From: the human T2T-CHM13v2.0 reference genome, Homo sapiens
Strand: one strand, 5' to 3'
Length of the DNA: 64,000 nt
Assembly: GCF_009914755.1 (NCBI RefSeq)
Contig: NC_060925.1
Shown here piece after piece: positions 26,478-41,648 of the stretch. The notes beneath the pieces are model-generated. The model worked only from the letters and a program-made list of their open reading frames with translations, was not told where the DNA came from and ran no database searches. The stretch's first letter is position 1. The number at the start of each line of letters is the position of its first letter. Both the position numbers and the translations under genes were made by a program.

Positions 26478-27540
26478 ATGGAATCGTCATCGAATGAATT
26501 GAATGCAATCATCGAATGGTCTCGAATGGAATCATCTTCTAATGGAAAGGAATGGAATCATCGCATAGAATCGAATGGAATTATCATTGAATGGAATCGA
26601 ATGGTATCAACACCAAACGGAAAAAAACGGAATTATCGAATGGAATCGAAGAGAATCTTCGAACGGACCCGAATGGAATCATCTAATGGAATGGAATGGA
26701 ATAATCCATGGACTCGAATGCAATCATCATCGAATGGAATCGAATGGAATCATCGAATGGACACGAATGGAATAATCATTGAACGGAATCGAATGGAATC
26801 ATCATCGGATGGAAACGAATGGAATCATCATCGAATGGAAATGAAAGGAGTCATCATCTAATGGAATTGCATGGAATCATCATAAAATGGAATCGAATGG
26901 AATCAACATCAAATCGAATCAAACGGAATCATTGAACAGAATTGAATGGAATCGTCATCGAATGAATTGACTGCAATCATCGAATGGTCTCGAATGGAAT
27001 CATCTTCAAATGGAATGGAATGGAATCATCGCATAGAATCGAATGGAATTATCACCGAATGGAATCGAATGGAATCAACATCAAACGGAAAAAAACGGAA
27101 TTATCGAATGGAATCGAAGAGAATCATCGAATGGACCCGAATGGAATCATCTAATGGAATGGAATGGAATAATCCATGGACTCGAATGCAATCATCATCG
27201 AATGGAATCGAATGGAATCATCGAATGAACTCGAATGGAATCATCATTGAATGGAATCGAATGGAATCATCGAGTGGAATCGAATGGAATTATGATCAAA
27301 TGGAATCGAATGTAATCATCATCAAATGGAATCAAAAATAACCATCATCAATTGGTATTGAATGGAATTGTCATCAAATGGAATTCAAAGGAATCATCAT
27401 CAAATGGAACCGAATGGAATCCTCATTGAATGGAAATGAAAGGGGTCATCGTCTTATGGAATCGCATGGAATCATCATCAAATGGAATCGAATGGAATCA
27501 TCATCAAATGGAATCTAATGGAATCATTGAACAGAATTGA
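26478..27540 (+). repeat. 1063 bp unit (713 bp deletion)
   Basis: Same junction at ~27221. Spacing 26478->27541. Confidence 0.92.
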
Positions 27541-29316
27541 ATGGAATCGTCATCGAATGAATTGAATGCAATCATCGAATGGTCTCGAATGGAATCATCT
27601 TCTAATGGAAAGGAATGGAATCATCGCATAGAATCGAATGGAATTATCATCGAATGGAATCGAATGGTATCAACACCAAACGGAAAAAAACGGAATTATC
27701 GAATGGAATCGAAGAGAATCTTCGAACGGACCCGAATGGAATCATCTAATGGAATGGAATGGAATAATCCATGGACTCGAATGCAATCATCATCGAATGG
27801 AATCGAATGGAATCATCGAATGGACTCGAATGGAATAATCATTGAAAGGAATCGAATGGAATCATCATCGGATGGAAACGAATGGAATCATCATCGAATG
27901 GAAATGAAAGGAGTCATCATCTAATGCAATTGCATGGAATCATCATCAAATGGAATCGAATGGAATCAACATCAAATGGAATCTAATGGAATCATTGAAC
28001 AGAATTGAATGGAATCGTCATCGAATGAATTGACTGCAATCATCGAATGGTCTCGAATGGAATCATCTTCAAATGGAATGGAATGGAATCATCGCATAGA
28101 ATCGAATGGAATTATCATCGAATGGAATCGAATGGAATCAACATCAAACGGAAAAAAACGGAATTATCGAATGGAATCGAAGAGAATCATCGAATGGACC
28201 CGAATGGAATCATCTAATGGAATGGAATGGAATAATCCATGGACTCGAATGCAATCATCATCGAATGGAATCGAATGGAATCATCGAGTGGACTCGAATG
28301 GAATAATCATTGAACGGAATCGAATGGAATCATCATCGGATGGAAATGAATGGAATCATCATCGAATGGAATCGAATAGAATTATGGAATTAAATCCAGT
28401 GTGATCATCATCGAATGGACCCGAATGGAATCATCATCCAACGGAAGCTAATGGAATCAACATCGAATGAATCGAATGGAAACACCATCGAATTGAAACG
28501 AATGGAATTATCATGAAATTGAAATGGATGGACTCATCATCGAATGGATTCGAATGGAATCATCGAATAAAATTGATTGAAATCATCATCGAATGGAATC
28601 GAATGGTATCATTGAATGGAATCGAATGGAATCATCATCAGATGGAAATGAATGGAATCGTCATAGAATGGAATCGAATGGATTCATTGAATGGAATCAG
28701 ATGGAATCATCGAATGGACTGGAATGGAATCATTGAATGGACTCGAAAGGGATCATGATTGAATGGAATTGAATGGAATCATCGAATGGTCTCGATTGGA
28801 ATCATTATCAAATGGAATCGAATGGAATCACCGAATAGAATCGAATGGAACAATCATCGAATGGACTCAAATGGAATTATCCTCAAATGGAATCGAATGG
28901 AATTATCGAATGCAATCGAATGGAATTATCGAATGCAATCGAATAGAATCATCGAATGGACTCGAATGGAATCATCGAATGGAATGGAATGGAACAGTCA
29001 ATGAACTCGAATGGAATCATCATTGAATGGAATCGAATGGAATCATCGAGTGGAATCGAATGGAATTATGATCAAATGGAATCGAATGTAATCATCATCA
29101 AATGGAATCAAAAATAACCATCATCAATTGGTATTGAATGGAATTGTCATCAAATGGAATTCAAAGGAATCATCATCAAATGGAACCGAATGGAATCCTC
29201 ATTGAATGGAAATGAAAGGGGTCATCATCTAATGGAATCGCATGGAATCATCATCAAATGGAATCGAATGGAATCATCATCAAATGGAATCTAATGGAAT
29301 CATTGAACAGAATTGA

Positions 29317-30379
29317 ATGGAATCGTCATCGAATGAATTGAATGCAATCATCGAATGGTCTCGAATGGAATCATCTTCTAATGGAAAGGAATGGAATCAT
29401 CGCATAGAATCGAATGGAATTATCATCGAATGGAATCGAATGGTATCAACACCAAACGGAAAAAAACGGAATTATCGAATGGAATCGAAGAGAATCTTCG
29501 AACGGACCCGAATGGAATCATCTAATGGAATGGAATGGAATAATCCATGGACTCGAATGCAATCATCATCGAATGGAATCGAATGGAATCATCGAATGGA
29601 CTCGAATGGAATAATCATTGAACGGAATCGAATGGAATCATCATCGGATGGAAACGAATGGAATCATCATCGAATGGAAATGAAAGGAGTCATCATCTAA
29701 TGGAATTGCATGGAATCATCATAAAATGGAATCGAATGGAATCAACATCAAATCGAATCAAACGGAATCATTGAACGGAATTGAATGGAATCGTCATCGA
29801 ATGAATTGACTGCAATCATCGAATGGTCTCGAATGGAATCATCTTCAAATGGAATGGAATGGAATCATCGCATAGAATCGAATGGAATTATCACCGAAAG
29901 CAATTGAATGGAATCAACATCAAACGGAAAAAAACGGAATTATCGAATGGAATCGAAGAGAATCATCGAATGGACCCGAATGGAATCATCTAATGGAATG
30001 GAATGGAATAATCCATGGACTCGAATGCAATCATCATCGAATGGAATCGAATGGAATCATCGAATGAACTCGAATGGAATCATCATTGAATGGAATCGAA
30101 TGGAATCATCGAGTGGAATCGAATGGAATTATGATCAAATGGAATCGAATGTAATCATCATCAAATGGAATCAAAAATAACCATCATCAATTGGTATTCA
30201 ATGGAATTGTCATCAAATGGAATTCAAAGGAATCATCATCAAATGGAACCGAATGGAATCCTCATTGAATGGAAATGAAAGGGGTCATCATCTAATGGAA
30301 TCACATGGAATCATCATCAAATTGAAACGAATGGAATCTTCATCAAATGGAATCTAATGGAATCATTGAACAGAATTGA
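29317..30379 (+). repeat. 1063 bp unit (713 bp deletion), paralog of 7598-8660
   Basis: Same junction at ~30061 and the shared private variant TCACCGAAAGCAATTG (~29891 vs ~8172). Confidence 0.92.
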
Positions 30380-33300
30380 ATGGAATCGTCATCGAATGAA
30401 TTGAATGCAATCATCGAATGGTCTCGAATGGAATCATCTTCTAATGGAAAGGAATGGAATCATCGCATAGAATCGAATGGAATTATCATCGAATGGAATC
30501 GAATGGTATCCACACCAAACGGAAAAAAACGGAATTATCGAAAGGAATCGAAGAGAATCTTCGAACGGACCCGAATGGAATCATCTAATGGAATGGAATG
30601 GAATAATCCATGGACTCGAATGCAATCATCATCGAATGGAATCGAATGGAATCATCGAATGGACTCGAATGGAATAATCATTGAACGGAATCGAATGGAA
30701 TCATCATCGGATGGAAACGAATGGAATCATCATCGAATGGAAATGAAAGGAGTCATCATCTAATGCAATTGCATGGAATCATCATCAAATGGAATCGAAT
30801 GGAATCAACATCAAATGGAATCTAATGGAATCATTGAACAGAATTGAATGGAATCGTCATCGAATGAATTGACTGCAATCATCGAATGGTCTCGAATGGA
30901 ATCATCTTCAAATGGAATGGAATGGAATCATCGCATAGAATCGAATGGAATTATCATCGAATGGAATCGAATGGAATCAACATCAAACGGAAAAAAACGG
31001 AATTATCGAATGGAATCGAAGAGAATCATCGAATGGACCCGAATGGAATCATCTAATGGAATGGAATGGAATAATCCATGGACTCGAATGCAATCATCAT
31101 CGAATGGAATCGAATGGAATCATCGAATGGACTCGAATGGAATAATCATTGAACGGAATCGAATGGAATCATCATCAGATGGAAATGAATGGAATCATCA
31201 TCGAATGGAATCGAATAGAATTGTGGAATGAAATCCAGTGTGATCATCATCGAATGGACCCGAATGGAATCATCATCCAAAGGAAGCTAATGGAATCAAC
31301 ATCGAATGAATCAAATGGAAACACCATCGAATTGAAACGAATGGAATTATCATGAAATTGAAATGGATGGACTCATCATCGAATGGATTCGAATGGAATC
31401 ATCGAATAAAATTGATTGAAATCATCATCGAATGGAATCGAATGGTATCATTGAATGGAATCGAATGGAATCATCATCAGATGGAAATGAATGGAATCGT
31501 CATAGAATGGAATCGAATGGATTCATTGAATGGAATCAGATGGAATCATCGAATGGACTGGAATGGAATCATTGAATGGACTCGAAAGGGATCATGATTG
31601 AATGGAATTGAATGGAATCATCGAATGGTCTCGATTGGAATCATTATCAAATGGAATCGAATGGAATCACCGAATAGAATCGAATGGAACAATCATCGAA
31701 TGGACTCAAATGGAATTATCCTCAAATGGAATCGAATGGAATTATCGAATGCAATCGAATGGAATTATCGAATGCAATCGAATAGAATGATCGAATGGAC
31801 TCGAATGGAATCATCGAATGGAATGCAATGGAACAGTCAATGAACTCGAATGGAATCATCATTGAATGGAATGGAATGGAATCATCGATTGGAATCGAAT
31901 GGAATTATGATCAAATGGAATCGAATGTAATCCTCATCAAATGGAATCAAAAATAACCATCATCAATTGGTATTGAATGGAATTGTCATCAAATGGAATT
32001 CAAAGGAATCATCATCAAATGGAACCGAATGGAATCCTCATTGAATGGAAATGAAAGGGGTCATCATCTAATGGAATCGCATGGAATCATCATCAAATGG
32101 AATCGAATGGAATCATCATCAAATGGAATCTAATGGAATCATTGAACAGAATTGAATGGAATCGTCATCGAATGAATTGAATGCAATCATCGAATGGTCT
32201 CGAATGGAATCATCTTCTAATGGAAAGGAATGGAATCATCGCATAGAATCGAATGGACTTATCATCGAATGGAATCGAATGGTATCAACACCAAACGGAA
32301 AAAAACGGAATTATCGAATGGAATCGAAGAGAATCTTCGAACGGACCCGAATGGAATCATCTAATGGAATGGAATGGAATAATCCATGGACTCGAATGCA
32401 ATCATCATCGAATGGAATCGAATGGAATCATCGAATGGACTCGAATGGAATAATCATTGAACGGAATCGAATGGAATCATCATCGGATGGAAACGAATGG
32501 AATCATCATCGAATGGAAATGAAAGGAGTCATCATCTAATGGAATTGCATGGAATCATCATAAAATGGAATCGAATGGAATCAACATCAAATGGAATCAA
32601 ATGGAATCATTGAACGGAATTGAATGGAATCGTCATCGAATGAATTGACTGCAATCATCCAATGGTCTCGAATGGAATCATCTTCAAATGGAATGGAATG
32701 GAATCATCGCATAGAATCGAATGGAATTATCATCGAATGGAATCGAATGGAATCAACATCAAACGGAAAAAAACGGAATTATCGAATGGAATCGAAGAGA
32801 ATCATCGAATGGACCCGAATGGAATCATCTAATGGAATGGAATGGAATAATCCATGGACTCGAATGCAATCATCATCCAATGGAATCGAATGGAATCATC
32901 GAATGGACTCGAATGGAATAATCATTGAACGGAATCGAATGGAATCATCATCGGATGGAAATGAATGGAATCATCATCGAATGGAATCGAATAGAATTAT
33001 GGAATGAAATCCAGTGTGATCATCATCGAATGGACCCGAATGGAATCATCATCCAACGGAAGCTAATGGAATCAACATCGAATGAATCGAATGGAAACAC
33101 CATCGAATTGAAACGAATGGAATTATCATGAAATTGAAATGGATGGACTCATCATCGAATGGATTCGAATGGAATCATGGAATAAAATTGATGGAAATCA
33201 TCATCCAATGGAATCGAATGGTATCATTGAATGGAATCGAATGGAATCATCATCAGATGGAAATGAATGGAATCGTCATAGAATGGAATCGAATGGATTC

Positions 33301-35705
33301 ATTGAATGGAATCAGATGGAATCATCGAATGGACTGGAATGGAATCATTGAATGGACTCGAAAGGGATCATGATTGAATGGAATTGAATGGAATCATCGA
33401 ATGGTCTCGATTGGAATCATTATCAAATGGAATCGAATGGAATCACCGAATAGAATCGAATGGAACAATCATCGAATGGACTCAAATGGAATTATCCTCC
33501 AATGGAATGGAATGGAATTATCGAATGCAATCGAATGGAATTATCGAATGCAATCGAATAGAATCATCGAATGGACTCGAATGGAATCATCGAATGGAAT
33601 GGAATGGAACAGTCAATGAACTCGAATGGAATCATCATTGAATGGAATCGAATGGAATCATCGAGTGGAATCGAATGGAATTATGATCAAATGGAATCGA
33701 ATGTAATCATCATCAAATGGAATCAAAAATAACCATCATCAATTGGTATTGAATGGAATTGTCATCAAATGGAATTCAAAGGAATCATCATCAAATGGAA
33801 CCGAATGGAATCCTCATTGAATGGAAATGAAAGGGGTCATCATCTAATGGAATCGCATGGAATCATCATCAAATGGAATCGAATGGAATCATCATCAAAT
33901 GGAATCTAATGGAATCATTGAACAGAATTGAATGGAATCGTCATCGAATGAATTGAATGCAATCATCGAATGGTCTCGAATGGAATCATCTTCTAATGGA
34001 AAGGAATGGAATCATCGCATAGAATCGAATGGAATTATCATCGAATGGAATCGAATGGTATCAACACCAAACGGAAAAAAACGGAATTATCGAATGGAAT
34101 CGAAGAGAATCTTCGAACGGACCCGAATGGAATCATCTAATGGAATGGAATGGAATAATCCATGGACTCGAATGCAATCATCATCGAATGGAATCGAATG
34201 GAATCATCGAATGGACTCGAATGGAATAATCATTGAACGGAATCGATTGGAATCATCATCGGATGGAAACGAATGGAATCATCATCGAATGGAAATGAAA
34301 GGAGTCATCATCTAATGGAATTGCATGGAATCATCATAAAATGGAATCGAATGGAATCAACATCAAATGGAATCAAATGGAATCATTGAACGGAATTGAA
34401 TGGAATCGTCATCGAATGAATTGACTGCAATCATCCAATGGTCTCGAATGGAATCATCTTCAAATGGAATGGAATGGAATCATCGCATAGAATCGAATGG
34501 AATTATCATCGAATGGAATCGAATGGAATCAACATCCAACGGAAAAAAACGGAATTATCGAATGGAATCGAAGAGAATCATCGAATGGACCCGAATGGAA
34601 TCATGTAATGGAATGCAATGGAATAATCCATGGACTCGAATGCAATCATCATCGAATGGAATCGAATGGAATCATCGAATGGACTCGTATGGAATAATCA
34701 TTGAACGGAATCGAATGGAATCATCATCGGATGGAAATGAATGGAATCATCATCGAATGGAATCGAATAGAATTATGGAATGAAATCCAGTGTGATCATC
34801 ATCGAATGGACCCGAATGGAATCATCATCCAACGGAAGCTAATGGAATCAACATCGAATGAATCAAATGGAAACACCATCGAATTGAAACGAATGGAATT
34901 ATCATGAAATTGAAATGGATGGACTCATCATCGAATGGATTAATGGAATCATCGAATAAAATTGATTGAAATCATCATCGAATGGAATCGAATGGTATCA
35001 TTGAATGGAATCGAATGGAATCATCATCAGATGGAAATGAATGGAATCGTCATAGAATGGAATCGAATGGATTCATTGAATGGAATCAGATGGAATCATC
35101 GAATGGACTGGAATGGAATCATTGAATGGACTCGAAAGGGATCATGATTGAATGGAATTGAATGGAATCATCGAATGGTCTCGATTGGAATCATTATCAA
35201 ATGGAATCGAATGGAATCACCGAATAGAATCGAATGGAACAATCATCGAATGGACTCAAATGGAATTATCCTCAAATGGAATCGAATGGAATTATCGAAT
35301 GCAATCGAATGGAATTATCGAATGCAATCGAATAGAATCATCGAATGGACTCGAATGGAATCATCGAATGGAATGGAATGGAACAGTCAATGAACTCGAA
35401 TGGAATCATCATTGAATGGAATCGAATGGAATCATCGAGTGGAATCGAATGGAATTATGATCAAATGGAATCGAATCTAATCATCATCAAATGGAATCAA
35501 AAATAACCATCATCAATTGGTATTGAATGGAATTGTCATCAAATGGAATTCAAAGGAATCATCATCAAATGGAACCGAATGGAATCCTCATTGAATGGAA
35601 ATGAAAGGGGTCATCATCTAATGGAATCGCATGGAATCATCATCAAATGGAATCGAATGGAATCATCATCAAATGGAATCTAATGGAATCATTGAACAGA
35701 ATTGA

Positions 35706-38096
35706 ATGGAATCGTCATCGAATGAATAGAATGCAATCATCGAATGGTCTCGAATGGAATCATCTTCTAATGGAAAGGAATGGAATCATCGCTTAGAATC
35801 GAATGGAATTATCATCGAATGGAATCGAATGGTATCAACACCAAACGGAAAAAAACGGAATTATCGAATGGAATCGAAGAGAATCTTCGAACGGACCCGA
35901 ATGGAATCATCTAATGGAATGGAATGGAATAATCCATGGACTCGAATGCAATCATCATCGAATGGAATCGAATGGAATCATCGAATGGACTCGAATGGAA
36001 TAATCATTGAACGGAATCGAATGGAATCATCATCGGATGGAAACGAATGGAATCATCATCGAATGGAAATGAAAGGAGTCATCATCTAATGGAATTGCAT
36101 GGAATCATCATAAAATGGAATCGAATGGAATCAACATCAAATGGAATCAAATGGAATCATTGAACGGAATTGAATGGAATCGTCATCGAATGAATTGACT
36201 GCAATCATCGAATGATCTCGAATGTAATCACATTCTAATGGAAAGGAATGGAATCATCGCATAGAATCGAATGGAATTAACATTGAATGGACTCGAATGG
36301 AATCAACATCAAACGGAATCAAGCGGAATTATCGAATGGAATCGAAGAGAATCATCGAATGGTCTCGAATGGAATCATCTTCTAATGGAAAGGAATGGAA
36401 TCATCGCATAGAATCGAATGGAATTAACATTGAATGGACTCGAATGGAATCAACATCAAATGGAATCAAGCGGAATTATCGAATGAAATCGAAGAGAATC
36501 ATCGAATGGACTCGAATGGAATCATCTAATGGAATGGAATGGAATAATCCACGGACTCGAATGCAATCATCATCGTATAGAATCGAATGGAATCATCGAA
36601 TGGACTCGAATGGAATAATCATTGAACGGAAGCGAATGGAATCATCATCGGATGGAAACGAATGGAATCATCATCGAATGGAAATGAAAGGAGTCATCAT
36701 CTAATGGAATTGCATGGAATCATCATAAAATGGAATCGAATGGAATCAAAATCAAATGGAATCAAATGTAATCATTGAACGGAATTGAATGGAATCGTCA
36801 TCGAATGAATTGACTGCAATCATCGAATGGTCTCGAATGGAATCATCTTCAAATGGAATGGAATGGAATCATCGCATAGAATCGAATGGAATTATCATCG
36901 AATGGAATCGAATGGAATCAACATCAAACGGAAAAAAACGGAATTATCGAATGGAATCGAAGAGAATCATCGAATGGACCCGAATGGAATCATCTAATGG
37001 AATGGAATGGAATAATCCATGGACTCGAATGCAATCATCATCGAATGGAATCGAATGGAATCATCGAATGGACTCGAATGGAATAATCATTGAACGGAAT
37101 CGAATGGAATCATCATCGGATGGAAATGAATGGAATCATCATCGAATGGAATCGAATAGAATTATGGAATGAAATCCAGTGTGATCATCATCGAATGGAC
37201 CCGAATGGAATCATCATCCAACGGAAGCTAATGGAATCAACATCGAATGAATCGAATGGAAACACCATCGAATTGAAACGAATGGAATTATCATGAAATT
37301 GAAATGGATGGACTCATCATCGGATGGATTCGAATGGAATCATCGAATAAAATTGATTGAAATCATCATCCAATGGAATCGAATGGTATCATTGAATGGA
37401 ATCGAATGGAATCATCATCAGATGGAAATGAATGGAATCGTCATAGAATGGAATCGAATGGATTCATTGAATGGAATCAGATGGAATCATCGAATGGACT
37501 GGAATGGAATCATTGAATGGACTCGAAAGGGATCATGATTGAATGGAATTGAATGGAATCATCGAATGGTCTCGATTGGAATCATTATCAAATGGAATCG
37601 AATGGAATCACCGAATAGAATCGAATGGAACAATCATCGAATGGACTCAAATGGAATTATCCTCAAATGGAATCGAATGGAATTATCGAATGCAATCGAA
37701 TGGAATTATCGAATGCAATCGAATAGAATCATCGAATGGACTCGAATGGAATCATCGAATGGAATGGAATGGAACAGTCAATGAACTCGAATGGAATCAT
37801 CATTGAATGGAATCGAATGGAATCATCGAGTGGAATCGAATGGAATTATGATCAAATGCAATCGAATGTAATCCTCATCAAATGGAATCAAAAATAACCA
37901 TCATCAATTGGTATTGAATGGAATTGTCATCAAATGGAATTCAAAGGAATCATCATCAAATGGAACCGAATGGAATCCTCATTGAATGGAAATGAAAGGG
38001 GTCATCATCTAATGGAATCGCATGGAATCATCATCAAATGGAATCGAATGGAATCATCATCAAATGGAATCTAATGGAATCATTGAACAGAATTGA
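35706..38096 (+). repeat. 2391 bp complex unit (468+615+1308) containing a divergent satellite island
   Basis: Anchors at 35706, 36174, 36789 and 38097. Tandem 147 bp blocks at 36216 and 36363 carry GGAATCAAGCGG. Confidence 0.88.
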
Positions 38097-41000
38097 ATGG
38101 AATCGTCATCGAATGAATTGAATGCAATCATCGAATGGTCTCGAATGGAATCATCTTCTAATGGAAAGGAATGGAATCATCGCATAGAATCGAATGGAAT
38201 TATCATCGAATGGAATCGAATGGTATCAACACCAAACGGAAAAAAACGGAATTATCGAATGGAATCGAAGAGAATCTTCGAACGGACCCGAATGGAATCA
38301 TCTAATGGAATGGAATGGAATAATCCATGGACTCGAATGCAATCATCATCGAATGGAAATGAATGGAATCATCGAATGGACTCGAATGGAATAATCATTG
38401 AACGGAATCGAATGGAATCATCATCGGATGGAAACGAATGGAATCATCATCGAATGGAAATGAAAGGAGTCATCATCTAATGGAATTGCATGGAATCATC
38501 ATAAAATGGAATCGAATGGAATCAACATCAAATGGAATCAAATGGAATCATTGAACGGAATTGAATGGAATCGTCATCGAATGAATTGACTACAATCACC
38601 GAATGGTCTCGAATGGAATCATCTTCAAATGGAATGGAATGGAATCATCGCATAGAATCGAATGGAATTATCATCGAATGGAATCGAATGGAATCAACAT
38701 CAAACGGAAAAAAACAGAATTATCGTATGGAATCGAAGAGAATCATCGAATGGACCCGAATGGAATCATCTAATGGAATGGAATGGAATAATCCATGGAC
38801 TCGAATGCAATCATCATCGAATGGAATCGAATGGAATCATCGAATGGACTCGAATGGAATAATCATTGAACGGAATCGAATGGAATCATCATCGGATGGA
38901 AATGAATGGAATCATCATCGAATGGAATCGAATAGAATTATGGAATGAAATCCAGTGTGATCATCATCGAATGGACCCGAATGGAATCATCATCCAACGG
39001 AAGCTAATGGAATCAACATCGAATGAATCGAATGGAAACACCATCGAATTGAACCGAATGGTATTATCATGAAATTGAAATGGATGGACTCATCATCGAA
39101 TGGATTCGAATGGAATCATCGAATAAAATTGATTGAAATCATCATCGAATGGAATCGAATGGTATCATTGAATGGAATCGAATGGAATCATCATCAGATG
39201 GAAATGAATGGAATCGTCATAGAATGGAATCGAATGGATTCATTGAATGGAATCAGATGGAATCATCGAATGGACTGGAATGGAATCATTGAATGGACTC
39301 GAAAGGGATCATTATTGAATGGAATTGAATGGAATCATCGAATGGTCTCGATTGGAATCATTATCAAATGGAATCGAATGGAATCACCGAATAGAATCGA
39401 ATGGAACAATCATCGAATGGACTCAAATGGAATTATCCTCAAATGGAATGGAATGGAATTATCGAATGCAATCGAATGGAATTATCGAATGCAATCGAAT
39501 AGAATCATCGAATGGACTCGAATGGAATCATCGAATGGAATGGAATGGAACAGTCAATGAACTCGAATGGAATCATCATTGAATGGAATCGAATGGAATC
39601 ATCGAGTGGAATCGAATGGAATTATGATCAAATGGAATCGAATGTAATCATCATCAAATGGAATCAAAAATAACCATCATCAATTGGTATTGAATGGAAT
39701 TGTCATCAAATGGAATTCAAAGGAATCATCATCAAATGGAACCGAATGGAATCCTCATTGAATGGAAATGAAAGGGGTCATCATCTAATGGCATCGCATG
39801 GAATCATCATCAAATGGAATCGAATGGAATCATCATCAAATGGAATCTAATGGAATCATTGAACAGAATTGAATGGAATGGTCATCGAATGAATTGAATG
39901 CAATCATCGAATGGTCTCGAATGGAATCATCTTCTAATGGAAAGGAATGGAATCATCGCATAGAATCGATTGGAATTATCATCGAATGGAATCGAATGGT
40001 ATCAACACCAAACGGAAAAAAACGGAATTATCGAATGGAATCGAAGAGAATCTTCGAACGGACCCGAATGGAATCATCTAATGGAATGGAAAGGAATAAT
40101 CCATGGACTCGAATGCAATCATCATCGAATGGAATCGAATGGAATCATCGAATGGACTCGAATGGAATAATCATTGAACGGAATCGAATGGAATCATCAT
40201 CGGATGGAAACGAATGGAATCATCATCGAATGGAAATGAAAGGAGTCATCATCTAATGGAATTGCATGGAATCATCATAAAATGGAATCGAATGGAATCA
40301 ACATCAAATGGAATCAAATGGAATCATTGAACGGAATTGAATGGAATCGTCATCGAATGAATTGACTGCAATCATCCAATGGTCTCGAATGGAATCATCT
40401 TCAAATGGAATGGAATGGAATCATCGCATAGAATCGAATGGAATTATCATCGAATGGAATCGAATGGAATCAACATCAAACGGAAAAAAACGGAATTATC
40501 GAATGGAATCGAAGAGAATCATCGAATGGACCCGAATGGAATCATCTAATGGAATGGAATGGAATAATCCATGGACTCGAATGCAATCATCATCGAATGG
40601 AATCGAATGGAATCATCGAATGGACTCGAATGGAATAATCATTGAACGGAATCGAATGGAATCATCATCGGATGGAAATGAATGGAATCATCATCGAATG
40701 GAATCGAATAGAATTATGGAATGAAATCCAGTGTGATCATCATCGAATGGACCCGAATGGAATCATCATCCAACGGAAGCTAATGGAATCAACATCGAAT
40801 GAATCAAATGGAAACACCATCGAATTGAAACGAATGGAATTATCATGAAATTGAAATGGATGGACTCATCATCGAATGGATTCGAATGGAATCATCGAAT
40901 AAAATTGATTGAAATCATCATCGAATGGAATCGAATGGTATCATTGAATGGAATCGAATGGAATCATCATCAGATGGAAATGAATGGAATCGTCATAGAA

Positions 41001-41648
41001 TGGAATCGAATGGATTCATTGAATGGAATCAGATGGAATCATCGAATGGACTGGAATGGAATCATTGAATGGACTCGAAAGGGATCATTATTGAATGGAA
41101 TTGAATGGAATCATCGAATGGTCTCGATTGGAATCATTATCAAATGGAATCGAATGGAATCACCGAATAGAATCGAATGGAACAATCATCGAATGGACTC
41201 AAATGGAATTATCCTCCAATGGAATGGAATGGAATTATCGAATGCAATCGAATGGAATTATCGAATGCAATCGAATAGAATCATCGAATGGACTCGAATG
41301 GAATCATCGAATGGAATGGAATGGAACAGTCAATGAACTCGAATGGAATCATCATTGAATGGAATCGAATGGAATCATCGAGTGGAATCGAATGGAATTA
41401 TGATCAAATGGAATCGAATGTAATCATCATCAAATGGAATCAAAAATAACCATCATCAATTGGTATTGAATGGAATTGTCATCAAATGGAATTCAAAGGA
41501 ATCATCATCAAATGGAACCGAATGGAATCCTCATTGAATGGAAATGAAAGGGGTCATCATCTAATGGAATCGCATGGAATCATCATCAAATGGAATCGAA
41601 TGGAATCACCATCAAATGGAATCTAATGGAATCATTGAACAGAATTGA

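Noticed and set aside
39069-39560. Longest ORFs, 163 aa (also 40845, 61689, 62996)
   Set aside because: They arise from a single TGA>TTA satellite variant that fuses two spurious ORFs.
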